From an uncultured Gammaproteobacteria bacterium (GTDB taxonomy: Bacteria; Actinomycetota; Acidimicrobiia; Spongiisociales; SHLN01): 64,000 nt of DNA. The first letter of the stretch is position 1, and every line of letters begins with the position of its first letter. Location of the stretch: assembly GCA_964195905.1 (NCBI GenBank), contig CAXMQV010000013.1:3482-67481 (forward strand). Reading direction: 5' to 3'. Positions 63,748 through 64,000 of this stretch are shown in pieces. Both the position numbers and the translations under genes were made by a program. A model generated the notes under the pieces. It saw only the letters and a program-made list of their open reading frames with translations, was not told the origin of the DNA and did no database searches.

Positions 63748-64000
63748 TCCGGCTCCAGCACCGCCACGCCGTTCTCGAGCGAAGCGATGCCCACGAGGGC
63801 GTCGACATTCCAACCGTGCGCCTCGAGTCGCTCCCGTCCTCCGGTGAACGTCTTCTCGATGACGAACACAAAGCCGAGAACTTCACCGCCTGCCTCTTCG
63901 ACGATCTCGCCGAGCGCCTCGGCGGTGCGGCCCCCGGCCAGGAAGTCGTCGACGATGGCGACCCGCCGGCCGGGCGGCAGGACCCGTGTCGCCACCTCCA
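63744..64000 (-). CDS. xpt: Xanthine phosphoribosyltransferase (3' part; runs off window end)
   Basis: IVDDFLAGG PRPP loop; VIEKTFTGGR. Confidence 0.82.
   Translation of the reverse strand, partial: EVATRVLPPGRRVAIVDDFLAGGRTAEALGEIVEEAGGEVLGFVFVIEKTFTGGRERLEAHGWNVDALVGIASLENGVAVLEPE

Overview
High-GC (roughly two-thirds G+C by eye) actinobacterial chromosome segment, most likely Acidimicrobiia-like (inferred from gene content and synteny). It is mostly core genome: ilvD/queG, a phosphoesterase-SRPBCC-Get3/ArsA operon, glgP, a FAS-II cluster (fabD-H-G-acpP-fabF), dinB-DUF3040-MerR, a MoxR-DUF58-transglutaminase module, the dcw cluster (mraZ to divIVA, no ftsA), ileS with a translational T-box, dksA-like/lspA/rluD, two tandem phosphofructokinases, dnaE, a Rv3679/Rv3680-like ATPase pair, a double-domain thyX and a partial xpt operon. 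I saw no rRNA, tRNA, CRISPR or transposase. The main signals are: (1) a shared 18-bp AT-rich palindrome in front of dnaE and thyX that resembles the McdR/Rv1830 box, with a divergent Rv1830-like regulator in the window; (2) a 4.1-kb block bounded by mirror-image composite repeats that carries a serine-recombinase-like protein lacking its catalytic residues, next to an HNH nuclease; (3) about a dozen intergenic 7-bp tandem arrays resembling cyanobacterial STRRs; (4) an uncalled 57-aa IxV-motif protein coupled to a Get3-like ATPase with an HSP20 domain; (5) widespread leaderless genes. All calls come from reading the sequence and recalled family motifs; no database search was run.
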